Notes under the pieces: model-generated
Databases searched by the model: none
Told to the model about the DNA's origin: nothing
The model's input: only the letters and a program-made list of their open reading frames with translations
In this document: positions 9,959 through 21,449 of the stretch, piece after piece
Position numbering within the stretch: the first letter of the stretch is position 1
Layout: each line of letters begins with the position of its first letter
Translations under genes and position numbers: made by a program
Assembly (NCBI GenBank): GCA_963740085.1
Contig: CAVUCU010000004.1
Coordinates: forward strand, 706,011-770,010
Source of the DNA: Nitrospirota bacterium
Lineage (GTDB): Bacteria > Nitrospirota > UBA9217
Direction of reading: 5' to 3'
DNA: 64,000 bases

Positions 9959-10732
9959 CTACCTCGTCACTCCGCGTTTTGAGTTGCGCATGAAATCGAT
10001 AAGGTAGCCCACTTCCTTGGAATGAGGAAACTCCTCCATTGCTTTTTTGAATGCCTCGTCCTGCATGAGTCCCGAGCGGAAGATGATCTTATACGTCTTT
10101 TTCAGTTCGTTGATGACCTGGTCGCTGAAGCCCTTGCGCTTGAGACCCACGAGATTCAGTCCATGGAGCTGCGCGCGGTTGCCGGTGGCGTTGACATAAG
10201 GCGGTACATCCAGCACAATGGCGGATTGGCCACCGATCATGGAGTATGCCCCAATTCGGACGAACTGATGAATTCCGATGAGCGCCCCGAGAATGGCGAA
10301 ATCTTCAACGATGACATGACCACCAAAGGCGGCGTTGTTGGCCATGATGATGTTGTTCCCGAGCTTACAGTCGTGGGCCACATGGATATAGGCCATAAGA
10401 AAGTTCTTGTTGCCGATCTCTGTTTTCCGATCGGCCTTGGTCGTGGCGCGATGCACGGTCGCGTACTCCCGGATGACATTATCGTCGCCGATAATCAAAT
10501 AGGTCTCTTCGTTTCGGTAGCCGATATCTTGCGGAGGCGTGCCGATGCTCGAAAAGGAATGTATCCGGTTCCGTTCCCCGATCGTTGTCCAGCCATCGAT
10601 CAGGACATGGGAAGCGATCTCCGTGTCTTTCCCGATCGTCACATGCTCGCCGATGACCGTATAAGGACCAATCGAAACGCCCCCGGCGATCCCCGCTTTC
10701 GGATGTATAATTGCAGTTGGATGAATATTCAC
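9959..10732 (-). CDS. lpxA: Acyl-ACP--UDP-N-acetylglucosamine acyltransferase
   Basis: Hexapeptide repeats, PQD, IREY, HVAHDC, HQFVRIG. Confidence 0.95.
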   Translation of the reverse strand: MNIHPTAIIHPKAGIAGGVSIGPYTVIGEHVTIGKDTEIASHVLIDGWTTIGERNRIHSFSSIGTPPQDIGYRNEETYLIIGDDNVIREYATVHRATTKADRKTEIGNKNFLMAYIHVAHDCKLGNNIIMANNAAFGGHVIVEDFAILGALIGIHQFVRIGAYSMIGGQSAIVLDVPPYVNATGNRAQLHGLNLVGLKRKGFSDQVINELKKTYKIIFRSGLMQDEAFKKAMEEFPHSKEVGYLIDFMRNSKRGVTR

Positions 10733-10751
10733 CTGGTGTTCCTGGTCCTTC

Positions 10752-11195
10752 CTATTTGTCCTTATCCACGACCATGGCCATCATTTCAGCCTCGGCAACA
10801 ACACCACCATCAACGATCGCGATCCCTCGCAGGCTCTTGATGGGACCGCGCGCCTTGATCAGATCCAGTTCGAACCGGACCTGGTCGCCCGGCGTAACCG
10901 GCTTGCGAAACTTGGCCTTATCGATGCTCATGAAATAAAGTACCTTTTTCTTTACCTCTTCCGGTGGCAGGGACATAAGCGCCATCACTCCGCCTGTTTG
11001 CGCCATCGCCTCCAGGAGCAGCACGCCAGGCATGATGGGATGACCGGGAAAGTGCCCTTGAAAAAACGGTTCGTTGATCGTCACATTCTTGAATCCCACG
11101 ATCCGTTTGTCCGCTTCGAATTCGAGGATGCGGTCGATCATCAAAAACGGATACCGGTGCGGAAGGAAGTCCATAACCTCATTGATAGTGAGCAT
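10752..11195 (-). CDS. fabZ: 3-hydroxyacyl-ACP dehydratase
   Basis: LPHRYPFL, NEPFFQGHFP, PGVLLLEAMAQ. Confidence 0.96.
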   Translation of the reverse strand: MLTINEVMDFLPHRYPFLMIDRILEFEADKRIVGFKNVTINEPFFQGHFPGHPIMPGVLLLEAMAQTGGVMALMSLPPEEVKKKVLYFMSIDKAKFRKPVTPGDQVRFELDLIKARGPIKSLRGIAIVDGGVVAEAEMMAMVVDKDK

Positions 11196-11196
11196 T

Positions 11197-12219
11197 CTAT
11201 TTTCCCTTCTCTTTCAATTCGTTTATCTGTTTCTCCAACGCAGCCACAAGCTTTTTCAACTCGGGCAACTTCGGCAGCACCGACTGAACCTTGAGCCAGT
11301 CTCTCTGCGGCATTGCGTAGGTTCCCCCTACCACCTGAGCAGGTTCAATGTCTTTAATGATGCCTGACTGGGATGATGCCATGACGCGATCGCCGATTAT
11401 CACGTGATCGGCAACGCCTACTTGTCCTCCCAAAACAACCCAGTTGCCGATCGTGCAGCTCCCGGCAATTCCAACTTGTGCGATAAGAATGCAGTGCTCG
11501 CCAAGCGTCACATTGTGGGCGATTTGCACGAGGTTATCGATCTTGGTTCCCTGCTTGACGATGGTGTTGCCGAGGGAAGCGCGGTCAATAGTACTGTTGG
11601 CGCCGATCTCCACATCGTCTTCTATGATCACACCGCCCACCTGCGGTATCTTGTGGTGTCGACCGCCGTCGGTCACGAACCCGAAGCCGTCTCTGCCGAG
11701 CACTGCCCCGGGATAGACGATCACCCTCTTGCCGATCCGTACGTTCTCGCCGATGCTCACATGCTCATGAATGACGGCATCATCATCGACAACCGAACCT
11801 CTGCCGATCGAGGCCCCGGGGCGCACCGTGACACGGTCTCCGATCTTCACATCATCAGCCAGAACAGCAAAGGGATAAATAGAGGGGTCTGCACCGATAA
11901 CAACGTTCGCGCCGATCGCAGCTTTCTCGCTGATGCCGCTCGCCTGGTAGGGTTTGACATAAAACAGCGCGAGGACCTGCGCGAATGCAAGCCGGGGATT
12001 TTTAAGCCGGAGCAGCGGCAGATGCATCGCGGGCGTGTCGAGCGGGACCAGGGCTGCTGAAGCCCGTGACTGTTCAAGGTCCTTGAAATGATTTTTCCCG
12101 TCGATGAAAGTGATCTGCCCTTCTCCCGCTTCATGGATACCGGCCGCACCGCGGATATCGAGTTCAGCGGGTCCGATCAGTTCCGCGCCAAGCTTGTCTG
12201 CCAGTTCTTTAAGCTTCAT
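11197..12219 (-). CDS. lpxD: UDP-3-O-(3-hydroxyacyl)glucosamine N-acyltransferase
   Basis: Hexapeptide repeats, [21 protein letters not shown]. Confidence 0.95.
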   Translation of the reverse strand: MKLKELADKLGAELIGPAELDIRGAAGIHEAGEGQITFIDGKNHFKDLEQSRASAALVPLDTPAMHLPLLRLKNPRLAFAQVLALFYVKPYQASGISEKAAIGANVVIGADPSIYPFAVLADDVKIGDRVTVRPGASIGRGSVVDDDAVIHEHVSIGENVRIGKRVIVYPGAVLGRDGFGFVTDGGRHHKIPQVGGVIIEDDVEIGANSTIDRASLGNTIVKQGTKIDNLVQIAHNVTLGEHCILIAQVGIAGSCTIGNWVVLGGQVGVADHVIIGDRVMASSQSGIIKDIEPAQVVGGTYAMPQRDWLKVQSVLPKLPELKKLVAALEKQINELKEKGK

Positions 12220-12253
12220 GACCTTCGCTTTTCCTTCACGCAGCCCGCCGCGA

Positions 12254-12820
12254 TTATTTTTTAACTTCGTCCTTCTTGACCTCTTCCTTCTTGTCCATTT
12301 CAGAAACGACCTTATCGGTCAGGTCCAGGTCCTCATCGGCATACAGAACTGCAGGGACCTCGGCCTTCGAAAGGATATTGATCGTCTTGTTCAGGACCAG
12401 GGAGCATTTTTCCCGTTTGGCGATGTCCTTGAGCACGAGTACCAGCTGCTGGTTGAAATCGTTCGACAACTCCTCGTTCTTCTTCCCGATCTCGCCGCTG
12501 AAATCATCACGCTTCTTCTGAAATTCGCTGATCTTGCGGCTGAGCGTCTCTTCTTTTCCCTTCTGCGCCTTTTCATTCAGCAGTTTGGCCTGTTTCTGCT
12601 TGGTGTAGTCATCCTGCAGCTTCTGTATCTCCTCGGAATCCAGGTCGAGGATCTTCTTGCGGCTTTCATAGTACTCCCGCACCACTCCCTGATATTTCTT
12701 GCCCAGCTTGGTCTTGTCAAATACCGCCTGGCTATCGACAAAGGCTACTTTTCCTCCAGCCGCCATGGCGGCCGTTGCAAGCAACAGCATGGTCACGCAC
12801 AAAACAATAATTCTTTTCAT
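12254..12820 (-). CDS. skp: OmpH/Skp periplasmic chaperone
   Basis: Signal peptide, KVAFVD, coiled coil, DLTDKV; between bamA and lpxD. Confidence 0.85.
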   Translation of the reverse strand: MKRIIVLCVTMLLLATAAMAAGGKVAFVDSQAVFDKTKLGKKYQGVVREYYESRKKILDLDSEEIQKLQDDYTKQKQAKLLNEKAQKGKEETLSRKISEFQKKRDDFSGEIGKKNEELSNDFNQQLVLVLKDIAKREKCSLVLNKTINILSKAEVPAVLYADEDLDLTDKVVSEMDKKEEVKKDEVKK

Positions 12821-12927
12821 CTGGAACCTCCTTAAAGTATTTATTTGAATTGTAATGATCTAGCCACGCCGTGCACTCACCGTGGTAAAGTTTTGTGGTT
12901 TTATTCTTTGCCCCCTGTTCAGGCGTC

Positions 12928-15267
12928 CTAAAAGAGCGTCCCGATGGAAAATTCAAACTTACTTGGCTGATCCTCAGGCCTCTTTTTCACGATGTTTCCC
13001 CATTCGAACCTGAGGGGCCCGATGGGAGAAAGCCACCAGAATCCCCATCCGTAGGTCTGTCGAAGTTCGGAAAACTTCACGGTCTCGTAATTATCGAATG
13101 CCTTCCCGATGTCATAGAAGATCACTCCTTTGAGCCGCGCAGCCGGGACGATCGGGAACGTATACTCGATGTTGTAAATGAGTTCCCTGTTTCCACCCCA
13201 GAGGTTCAAGGCTGCGTCCGTGGGACCGGCGGTGCCGAATCGAAAACCACGAAGCGTGGTAGGGCCGCCGACAAAGAAGCGCTCCCCCAGGGGAACGGGT
13301 TTGTCGATGAGGGATTCTACATACCCGGCCCTGCCGCGCACCATGAAGACGGTGTCCCAGAACACCGGGAAATACCACGCCGAATCGACCGCGGTCTTGA
13401 CAAAATTCGGGTCGCCGCCGAGCGGTCCGCCGGCATATTCCACGAAGACGCTGTTCCGGGACCCTGTTTTCGGATCGAGATAGTAGTCCCGCGAATCCCG
13501 TGAAATGCTCCAGGTAAGCGCATTCGTGCTGATCCGATCGCCGTAGATATCGAGCTGCCTCTGGAGGGCGAATGCCGGTATCGTATTTATGTCCGTCACC
13601 AGCGAGTTGTCGTAGCTGAATCTGAGCGAGGTCGATACATATTCGCCGAAACTCTTGCCCGCCGAAAGGGCAAAACCGTTTGTCTTGAGCCAATAGCCGT
13701 TGTAATCTTGTGACTGCTTATAGATGTCGACCTTGCCCCAGAGCGGTTGGTCAAACAGATACGGTTCCATGAAGGTGAGCATAAAAAGCTGGCTTACCGA
13801 GCCCCACTGGGTCTTGAATTTGAGGAGTTGGCCCCGGCCGCCGAGGTTGCCCTGCGTAACTTCTGCGATGGCCATCAGTTTGTCCACCGAGCTGTAACCG
13901 CCGCCGATGCTGAACGTGCCGGTGAGCTTCTCCTTCACCTTGACGTTCAAATCCATGACCGATTCCTGCTTCCGGCGTTCCGGCACGATATCTACGGTCT
14001 CGAAAAAATTGAGGTTGTTGATCCGTTCGTAGCTTCTTTTAAGAGCCTTTTTGCTGTAGAGGTCCCCTTCGTCAAGCCGCATCTCCCGACGTATCACCTT
14101 GTCGCGGGTCTTGCTATTGCCCGTGATGTCTATTCTTCCGATCTTGACCTCGCCGCCTTCCTGGATTTCTATCTGAATGGCAACGGTCCTTTTGTCCTGG
14201 TCTATGTTGAACTGCGGGATGACGTTCGCGAATGGCCTCGCGATGCTGTCGTAGCGGTCCATGATCCTGCCGACGTCCTGACGGAGCATCTCTCTGTTGA
14301 AAACATCGCCTTTTGCAAGCTTGATCTCTTTCGACAGCTCCGCATCGGAGATAAGCGTATTCCCCTTCACCGTGATGGAGCCCACCCGGAACTGTTCGCC
14401 TTCTTTGATATTGATGCGTATGACAAGCTCGCTCTTCCTGGTAAACTTTTTGAGTGGACCCCAGAAATAGCATTCACGAAAGGTGTATATCTCCGGCTCG
14501 ATGACAGGTTCGTCCACCACGACCTGGATGTAGCCTTTGTTGTAGTAGAGGTTCCTGATTGTCTCCAGATCATCCTTGAGCTCTTCCGTCCTCAGCGTGC
14601 CGCTGCGGTCGAGGAATGAAAAGATCCAGCGTTCCCGGTTCTTGAGGGCCGCCTTGATCTCCTTCGAGGAGATTGCCTTGTTGCCGGTAATGATGACTTC
14701 CTCTAATCGTACCTTTTCCCCCTCCTCAATGTGAAAGACAACATTCCTGTCGCCGCTGCGAAGTTCGGTGACGACGGGCACCACGACAGCGTCGTAGAAC
14801 CCATCATCCTGGTACTTGAGCCGTATTTTCTCCGCGTTGTCATTGATAAGCTGCACGTTGAAGGCGGTACGGGGAAGCAGGGTCAGGATTTCTTTCAGCT
14901 TTTCCGTCGTCAGTTCATTGTTTCCCTCGAAGGTAATTTCACGAATGAGCGGCTTTTCCTTGACGACGAAGATGACCTTGAGCCCGTTTTCAAAACCCTC
15001 GGTCCTTACCTGCACGTCCTCAAAATGTCCGAGCTGGTACAGCGCCTTGACGTCTTCCCGGATCATTGCCGGTGAAAAGACGTCACCTTCTTTTGTTTTG
15101 ATCTTGGCAAGGATCGTTGAGGTCTCTATTCTCTTGTTGCCCTTTACTTCGACCAGGGTCACCTTCGTATCATCTGCCGCACTGAAACCAGCAAAAACAG
15201 ACAGGATCAGGAGTGTCAGCACCCCGATGGCGGCACCGCATTTGCTCACGATTATAACTTCCTCCAT
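12928..15267 (-). CDS. bamA: Outer membrane protein assembly factor
   Basis: POTRA repeats (GN.RI, KTRDKVIRRE), LRGF motif, C-terminal FEFSIGTLF. Confidence 0.95.
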   Translation of the reverse strand: MEEVIIVSKCGAAIGVLTLLILSVFAGFSAADDTKVTLVEVKGNKRIETSTILAKIKTKEGDVFSPAMIREDVKALYQLGHFEDVQVRTEGFENGLKVIFVVKEKPLIREITFEGNNELTTEKLKEILTLLPRTAFNVQLINDNAEKIRLKYQDDGFYDAVVVPVVTELRSGDRNVVFHIEEGEKVRLEEVIITGNKAISSKEIKAALKNRERWIFSFLDRSGTLRTEELKDDLETIRNLYYNKGYIQVVVDEPVIEPEIYTFRECYFWGPLKKFTRKSELVIRINIKEGEQFRVGSITVKGNTLISDAELSKEIKLAKGDVFNREMLRQDVGRIMDRYDSIARPFANVIPQFNIDQDKRTVAIQIEIQEGGEVKIGRIDITGNSKTRDKVIRREMRLDEGDLYSKKALKRSYERINNLNFFETVDIVPERRKQESVMDLNVKVKEKLTGTFSIGGGYSSVDKLMAIAEVTQGNLGGRGQLLKFKTQWGSVSQLFMLTFMEPYLFDQPLWGKVDIYKQSQDYNGYWLKTNGFALSAGKSFGEYVSTSLRFSYDNSLVTDINTIPAFALQRQLDIYGDRISTNALTWSISRDSRDYYLDPKTGSRNSVFVEYAGGPLGGDPNFVKTAVDSAWYFPVFWDTVFMVRGRAGYVESLIDKPVPLGERFFVGGPTTLRGFRFGTAGPTDAALNLWGGNRELIYNIEYTFPIVPAARLKGVIFYDIGKAFDNYETVKFSELRQTYGWGFWWLSPIGPLRFEWGNIVKKRPEDQPSKFEFSIGTLF

Positions 15268-15323
15268 TCACCGCAATAAGAACGGAATACTATAGCATGG
15301 GGCGGGAAATGTGTAAACAAAAA

Positions 15324-16454
15324 TTATCCGGATAGCCTTGCCAGGACTTCATTCGACAGGAGAATTCCGCGGTCGGTGAGCCTCAGTCGCCCTTCCGCCA
15401 TGCGAAGAAGTCCCGCATCGCTGAGCGGGACCGCGTTTTTTTCAAGTCGGTGCAAAAGGTCGGCGCCGTACCCCTGTTCAAATCGAAGGAGGTCCAGTCC
15501 CTTCGTGGTCCGGAGTCCCAGGAAGATTGTTTCCCTCGCTGACACCTCCGGTGCGATAGTCTCCTGGGAGTCGATGGCGGTGCGGCCGCTTGACAGTCGT
15601 TGCGAGTATTCCGTTATATCGGGAACATTTGCAGATCGCCTCCCCGAGATGAACGACCATGCCCCCGGACCGAGACCGAGGTATTCTCCCCGGTCCCAGT
15701 AGTTCATATTATGCCGGCATTCGCGCCCGGGAAGCATAAAATTCGATATCTCGTAACGTTCATAGCCCGCATTGTTCAGCTTTATGACCGCGCGCTCGTA
15801 CATTGTTGCGATGACCTCATCAACAGGCATGGTGAATCTGCCTGCCTCTGCCTCCCGCATGAACTGTGAACCTTCGTCAAGGGAGAGGCTGTAGGCCGAT
15901 ACATGCTCGGGTTTGAGCGCGATAGCCGCATCAAGGGTCTCTTCCCAATGGGTCGCCGTTTGTCCCGGTATTCCATAGATGAGGTCTACGCCGATATTTT
16001 TGAATCCCGCGATTCTTGCAAGTCTGAACGCATCGGCGGCCTGTTCCCCCGAATGAAGCCTGCCCAGGGTTTGAAGTATCTCATCCGAGAAGGACTGAAC
16101 GCCCAGGCTCAGCCTGTTTACTCCCTGAGCAAGTAAAAGAGAGAGCATCTCGCCGGTGGCCGTGTTCGGGTTTGCCTCGACCGTAAATTCAACCCTGTCA
16201 TCGATCAAAAAATGTTCCCTGATGACCCTGACGAGCAGCTCCAGTTGCAGAGGAGAAAGAACGGTCGGCGTTCCTCCTCCTATATAAATGCTGTTAAAGG
16301 GCCGGTGACTGAAATCCTTCTGATACATTTCTGCCTCGCGTATCAGGCTGGACAGGAATTCATCAACTCGGCCGGGAGAGTACGCTGTTGAATAAAAGCC
16401 ACAGTACCGGCACTTTCTGACACAAAAAGGGATATGGATATAGAGAGATAACAT
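15324..16454 (-). CDS. hemW: Radical SAM heme chaperone HemW (HemN-like)
   Basis: YIHIPFCVRKCRYCGF, GGGTP, YEISNF, HNMNYW (HNxxYW signature). Confidence 0.88.
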   Translation of the reverse strand: MLSLYIHIPFCVRKCRYCGFYSTAYSPGRVDEFLSSLIREAEMYQKDFSHRPFNSIYIGGGTPTVLSPLQLELLVRVIREHFLIDDRVEFTVEANPNTATGEMLSLLLAQGVNRLSLGVQSFSDEILQTLGRLHSGEQAADAFRLARIAGFKNIGVDLIYGIPGQTATHWEETLDAAIALKPEHVSAYSLSLDEGSQFMREAEAGRFTMPVDEVIATMYERAVIKLNNAGYERYEISNFMLPGRECRHNMNYWDRGEYLGLGPGAWSFISGRRSANVPDITEYSQRLSSGRTAIDSQETIAPEVSARETIFLGLRTTKGLDLLRFEQGYGADLLHRLEKNAVPLSDAGLLRMAEGRLRLTDRGILLSNEVLARLSG

Positions 16455-16652
16455 ATTGGTTTTTCAGTTAACGATACGGATAAGATAAAATCGGTTGTCT
16501 TGTGCAGGCTCAATATGCAACCAGGATGCCAACAGGGAAATATGCTGAAGGTTGAGGGCTGAAGTGACATCATGCATCGTCCACTCCGGTCTATTCACCT
16601 TCAAGTTTATCCGCCTGACTTGTTGCGTAATTTGATTATCGGTTGTTGGATG

Positions 16653-17117
16653 TTACCCGGCATTCGGAGCAACGGTGAAAATCAGCGCAGACTCGTCACA
16701 GTCGGGGAACTTGACGCAGTTCAGGCAGTCGGTCCATATCTTATGAGGAAGCTCCTTCTTATCCGCCTCGGCAAAACCGAGCTTTTTGAAAAAGCCGGAC
16801 TGATAGGTCAGCACAAAAACCCGCTCTACCCGCAGTTCAGCGGCCTCTGCCAGGCACTGTCGCACCAGTTCAGCGCCGATGCCGCGGTTGACCCGGTCCT
16901 GCCTCACGGCGAGCGATCGTATCTCGGCCAGCCCCTCCCAGCTCACGTGGAGCGCGGCCGCGCCGACGAGCGAACCGCTGTCCTCGTAGACGTGGAAATC
17001 GCGGAGATGTTCATAGAGCTCGTTCAGGGTGCGGGGCAGCATCTTTCCCGAATCGGCATAGGTATTGACCAGCGATTGGATCGCCTTCACATCCATGAAC
17101 GTTGCTTTGCGGATCAT
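16653..17117 (-). CDS. GNAT N-acetyltransferase (short ArgA-like amino-acid acetyltransferase)
   Basis: MLPR, LAEIRSLAV, RGIG, LPHKIWTDCLNC.KFPDCDE motif. Confidence 0.8.
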   Translation of the reverse strand: MIRKATFMDVKAIQSLVNTYADSGKMLPRTLNELYEHLRDFHVYEDSGSLVGAAALHVSWEGLAEIRSLAVRQDRVNRGIGAELVRQCLAEAAELRVERVFVLTYQSGFFKKLGFAEADKKELPHKIWTDCLNCVKFPDCDESALIFTVAPNAG

Positions 17118-17308
17118 GGTCGAAAATTACTCTGTTGAGGGGACAAAGTCAAACAAAAAGTGGCCGATAACCCCGCAAACTGTCGATAGTGTTGCGTATC
17201 CAGCACCTCCCTTATCTTATTGAGAAGCGCCGTCGGCGAGGTCGGATTGAAAAGAAAGTTCACGCTTACATCACCCGACAACCATGATGTCCAATAGCAA
17301 AAGGACTC

Positions 17309-17338
17309 TTGACTTTAACGTGTTGATTGGAGTATATT
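17309..17338 (+). promoter_or_regulatory. Putative sigma70 promoter of clpC
   Basis: TTGACT-18 nt-TATATT about 50 nt upstream of the ATG. Confidence 0.35.
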
Positions 17339-17385
17339 TTAGCCAAGTGAAGTGAAATCATTGGTGTGAAGGTGGTCCTTCTATT

Positions 17386-19827
17386 ATGATGTTCGAAAAA
17401 TTCACGGAACGAGGAAGAAAAGTAATCGTCTACGCTCGGGAAGAGGCGGAGCGGCTCCAGAACGATTACCTGGGAACGGAGCACGTCCTTCTTGGCACGC
17501 TCCGCGAAGAAGACGGTATTCCCGTGGCAGTACTTCGCAAGATGGGCATTGATGTCGACCAGATCCGCATGGAGGTGGAGAGAAATCTTCCTTCGAGCGG
17601 GAACACCCTCACCTTCGGCGACATTCCCTTCACTCCCCGGGCAAAGAAAGTCCTTGAATATGCCGTTGAGGAAGCGCGGCTCCTCGGGCATAACTATATC
17701 GGCAGTGAGCACCTGCTCCTCGGGCTGATCCGTGAGGAGGAAGGCATCGGCGGCAAGATCCTTCGCAGTTTCGGCGTGAACCTGCTCGGCTCCCGCCAAC
17801 TGGTCATCAACTACCTTCGTCGTGCGGCGACCCAGGTGAGCGCGAAAAAGAGCCCTACCCCGGCCCTCGACGAATTCAGCAGAGATCTTACTCAACTGGC
17901 CAGGATCGGCAAACTCGATCCGGTCATCGGACGGGACCAGGAAATTGAGCGTGTTCTTCATATCCTCTCCCGCAGGACCAAGAACAACCCCGTCATTATC
18001 GGCGAGCCCGGCATCGGCAAGACGGCGATCGTCGAGGGGCTTGCTCAGCGGATCGTCAATTCAGACGTTCCGGAGAACATCCTGAACCGTCGCGTGGTAT
18101 CACTCGACCTGGGCGCCCTGATCGCGGGCACCAAATATCGCGGCCAGTTCGAGGAACGGCTCAAGATCGTCATGAAGGAGATCGTCCAGGCTGATAACAT
18201 CATCCTGTTCATAGATGAGTTGCACACCCTGGTGGGCGCGGGAGCCGCTGAAGGATCCATCGATGCGTCGAGCATGCTGAAGCCGGCCCTGGCGCGCGGC
18301 GAGGTCCATTGCATCGGGGCAACCACGCTTGACGAGTTCCGAAAGCACATCGAGAAGGACGGCGCCCTCAAACGGCGGTTCCAGCCGATCTACGTTCAGC
18401 CGCCCAGTGTTGATGAGACCATCAACATCATCAAGGGCCTCCGGTCAAAGTACGAATCACATCATAAGATCAAGATCACTGATGAGGCCGTTGTCGCTTC
18501 CGCACAACTCTCGGAGCGCTACATGACGGACCGGTTCCTTCCGGATAAGGCCATTGACGTGATCGATGAGGCGGGAGCGAAGGCGAAACTCAAACGCTAC
18601 ACTTGTCCCTCCGAGATGAAGGTCATAGAGAAGAAGCTTAAAAAACTCGAACAGGAAAAGAACCTTTTCTCGCGGATCAAGGACTACGTGCGGGTGGAGT
18701 CTATCCAGGAAGAGGAAGACCGGCTGCGCGAAACGCTCGAAGGCATTCACAAGGACTGGAAGGACGACCAGGAGAAGAACATCCCCGTTGTCGATGAAGA
18801 GGACATCGCGCTGATCGTGTCGCATATCACCGGAATTCCCCTTTCGCGGCTCGAGGAAAAAGAGGCCTCCCGGCTTCTCCGAATGGAAGAAGAGATCCAC
18901 AAGAGGATCGTGGGCCAGGACGCGGCGATCGAGGCGGTGTCCCGTGCCATTCGACGCTCACGGGTCGGGCTCAAGACCCGCAAACAGCCCATCGGCTCGT
19001 TCATCTTCCTCGGCCCCACCGGCGTCGGCAAGACCGAACTCGCCAGGTCGCTCGCTCAGTTCCTGTTCGACACCGAAGACGCGCTCATTCGCGTCGACAT
19101 GTCGGAATATATGGAAAAGTTCAGTTCATCCCGGCTCGTTGGTTCGCCTCCGGGGTATGTCGGGTATGATGACGGCGGGCAGTTGACGGAAAAGATCAGG
19201 CGCCGCCCCTACTCGGTCGTGCTCTTTGACGAGATCGAGAAGGCCCACCCGGACATCTTTAACATGCTTCTCCAGGTCCTGGACGACGGCTTCATGACGG
19301 ACAGCTTTGGCAGAAAAGTGGATTTCCGCAATACCATCATCATTATGACATCGAACCTCGGCGCCAGGATGATCGATAAGGATACGACGATGGGTTTCCA
19401 GCAGGCAAGCGCCAGGACGCAATATGATAAGATGAAGGACAACGTCACTTCGGAACTGAAGAGGGCGTTCAACCCCGAGTTCCTCAACAGGATCGACGAC
19501 GTGGTCGTCTTCCATCCGCTCACCAACGAGCACCTCATCAAGATCGTGGACATGCTGGTCCTTGAGCTGAACAACCAGATGGTGCATGACCGGAACATCG
19601 AGCTCGAGGTAAGCCAGGAAGTGAAGGAGTGGCTCATTCGGGAAAACTTCCAGCCCACCTACGGTGCGAGGCCCATGCGCCGGGCGATCCAGAAATATCT
19701 CGCGGATCCGCTTTCCGAGGACATCCTGAGAGGACGCTTTAAGGACGTGCACAAGGTGCTGGTGACGCTCAAGGACGGCGCGGCTGATTTTCGGGAAGTG
19801 GAGTCCGTCGTGCTTGCCAACGTCTGA
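17386..19827 (+). CDS. clpC: ATP-dependent Clp protease ATP-binding subunit ClpC
   Basis: MFEKFT N-domain repeats, two AAA+ modules ([16 protein letters not shown]), PPGYVGY, GARP. Confidence 0.93.
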   Translation: MMFEKFTERGRKVIVYAREEAERLQNDYLGTEHVLLGTLREEDGIPVAVLRKMGIDVDQIRMEVERNLPSSGNTLTFGDIPFTPRAKKVLEYAVEEARLLGHNYIGSEHLLLGLIREEEGIGGKILRSFGVNLLGSRQLVINYLRRAATQVSAKKSPTPALDEFSRDLTQLARIGKLDPVIGRDQEIERVLHILSRRTKNNPVIIGEPGIGKTAIVEGLAQRIVNSDVPENILNRRVVSLDLGALIAGTKYRGQFEERLKIVMKEIVQADNIILFIDELHTLVGAGAAEGSIDASSMLKPALARGEVHCIGATTLDEFRKHIEKDGALKRRFQPIYVQPPSVDETINIIKGLRSKYESHHKIKITDEAVVASAQLSERYMTDRFLPDKAIDVIDEAGAKAKLKRYTCPSEMKVIEKKLKKLEQEKNLFSRIKDYVRVESIQEEEDRLRETLEGIHKDWKDDQEKNIPVVDEEDIALIVSHITGIPLSRLEEKEASRLLRMEEEIHKRIVGQDAAIEAVSRAIRRSRVGLKTRKQPIGSFIFLGPTGVGKTELARSLAQFLFDTEDALIRVDMSEYMEKFSSSRLVGSPPGYVGYDDGGQLTEKIRRRPYSVVLFDEIEKAHPDIFNMLLQVLDDGFMTDSFGRKVDFRNTIIIMTSNLGARMIDKDTTMGFQQASARTQYDKMKDNVTSELKRAFNPEFLNRIDDVVVFHPLTNEHLIKIVDMLVLELNNQMVHDRNIELEVSQEVKEWLIRENFQPTYGARPMRRAIQKYLADPLSEDILRGRFKDVHKVLVTLKDGAADFREVESVVLANV

Positions 19828-19998
19828 TCGGAAAAGAGAGCATCCCGCCTGGTCCGCCTGAAAATGCCCGGGGGAGCTTAACGTTTCACCGGGTTATCTC
19901 TTCTGTTCTTCAACACCGTCATTCTGCGCAAGTCTCACTGAAATGCTCCTGACCATTCGCAATCCAAACTCCGACCTGAACTTTTCGGCCGGGTTTCC

Positions 19999-21366
19999 TT
20001 ATGTTCCCTGACTGCGAACCATCTCCTTCAGCTGGAGTATCCGCTCCCGTATCTTGACAAGCTTGCTGAATCCCAACTCGCCCACATAGGGGGCCATCGC
20101 TATCATGATCTTGCTTGAGGTCAATTTCTCCTTCGGGATCTTTTTCAGCACTTCCGTGACGATCTCCTTGATCCTCTTGTCATTCAGCATGTCCCCGAGG
20201 TCGCGTGCCACCCCTGTTCCTGCTGCTGTCGCTGACGTGATCCGCTCGTTCAATGCCGCCTTGTACTGCGGATCGATCATGCCGGTATATTCATAATAAT
20301 CGAGCGCTTTTCGTATCTCCCGCGGGGGCGTACTCATCTTCAGGATATGGCCAATGATCGCCTGGGTGTCCTTGTTGAATACGGCATCGTAGGGCAGGAT
20401 CCCCTTGTCCATCTCCTGCCGCCGGTCGATGACGATCTCAACTTCGTCCGCCATGAGCCCGAGATCATCCTCCGTCCTGCCTTTGAGCTCTTCAGGATAT
20501 TTGACCAGGGCGATCAGGTGGTTATGGAACTCCTTCATCGAACAGGGAGTTCCGTCTTTTTTTGTTACCCGGAACTTATCCAGCATCCTCCTGAACGCCG
20601 ACGGGTCATCGTCGCTCCGTTGAACCAGAAAGGTGAATTCCAGCCGGTTCAGCTCCTCGATCGGCCGGAACCTCTCCCGCGCCGTCAGGAGAACCTCGAT
20701 CCCGCTTCGTGCATGTCTGTACCGCATGCCCGGAAAGTCCTCGGCATCGATCCAGTTGTCGGGGTTGTCGACCAGGCTGGGAACAAAACCGAGATCGACC
20801 AGCGCATCGATGTTCTGCAGGCCCCGGATCATGACCGTTGTTCCGCTTTTCGCCTTTTCCACGGTCTCCAGGACGGTCTCGATCCTGCACTCGCGGGATA
20901 TCATTGCCTCCGCCTCGGTCTTTTCGGAGATCATCCTTCTTTCTTCCCGCTGGTATTCACGAGCAACGTTCGTGTAGACCTCACGCAGCATGAGACTTCC
21001 GAACATCAGATCGGAGAGCGGCATTACGTTGGTCTGGAGAAGATCGTCCAATGACGGCATATAGGGCGTTATGACGATCACGGACCCGCCGAGCGTTCCT
21101 CGTGTCTTGACAACACTGAAAAGGGACTCGTCACCGAACTTCAGGATGTCTCGTTTCCCTTTGCCGAGGACCTGATAGCCGACCGTCCCGTTCCTCTTGT
21201 CCACCTGTCCGTTTGTCAGCTCATACACTATCTGGGAGAACTCTTCCGGGGTGCCTCGAATGGGCCCGCATATCCCGGCCCGATCCGTTAAGAGCTGCAG
21301 CAGCGGATTTTGTTTGAAGCCGCCGAATAACTTCGTCCGTATCCGTTCGTATATGTCCTGGGTCAT
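19999..21366 (-). CDS. Hypothetical protein (455 aa, soluble)
   Basis: Long ORF with AAGGA RBS and gene-like codon bias; no recognised motif. Confidence 0.75.
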   Translation of the reverse strand: MTQDIYERIRTKLFGGFKQNPLLQLLTDRAGICGPIRGTPEEFSQIVYELTNGQVDKRNGTVGYQVLGKGKRDILKFGDESLFSVVKTRGTLGGSVIVITPYMPSLDDLLQTNVMPLSDLMFGSLMLREVYTNVAREYQREERRMISEKTEAEAMISRECRIETVLETVEKAKSGTTVMIRGLQNIDALVDLGFVPSLVDNPDNWIDAEDFPGMRYRHARSGIEVLLTARERFRPIEELNRLEFTFLVQRSDDDPSAFRRMLDKFRVTKKDGTPCSMKEFHNHLIALVKYPEELKGRTEDDLGLMADEVEIVIDRRQEMDKGILPYDAVFNKDTQAIIGHILKMSTPPREIRKALDYYEYTGMIDPQYKAALNERITSATAAGTGVARDLGDMLNDKRIKEIVTEVLKKIPKEKLTSSKIMIAMAPYVGELGFSKLVKIRERILQLKEMVRSQGT

Positions 21367-21449
21367 GTCTGTTCCTTATGTCTGGAGCGTCGTGGAACGA
21401 GAGATAAAACCTCTTCAAAAGAGTTTCAGTCGAACCGCAAGAAATGGCA

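Noticed and set aside
314-15300. Many long + strand ORFs antisense to the lipid A operon, and similar shadow ORFs elsewhere (e.g. 24230-25615, 38537-39421)
   Set aside because: Shadow frames of real genes in GC-rich DNA; no motifs or RBS
17100-17400. CtsR/McsA/McsB operon or CIRCE box upstream of clpC
   Set aside because: Neither the genes nor recognisable operator repeats are present
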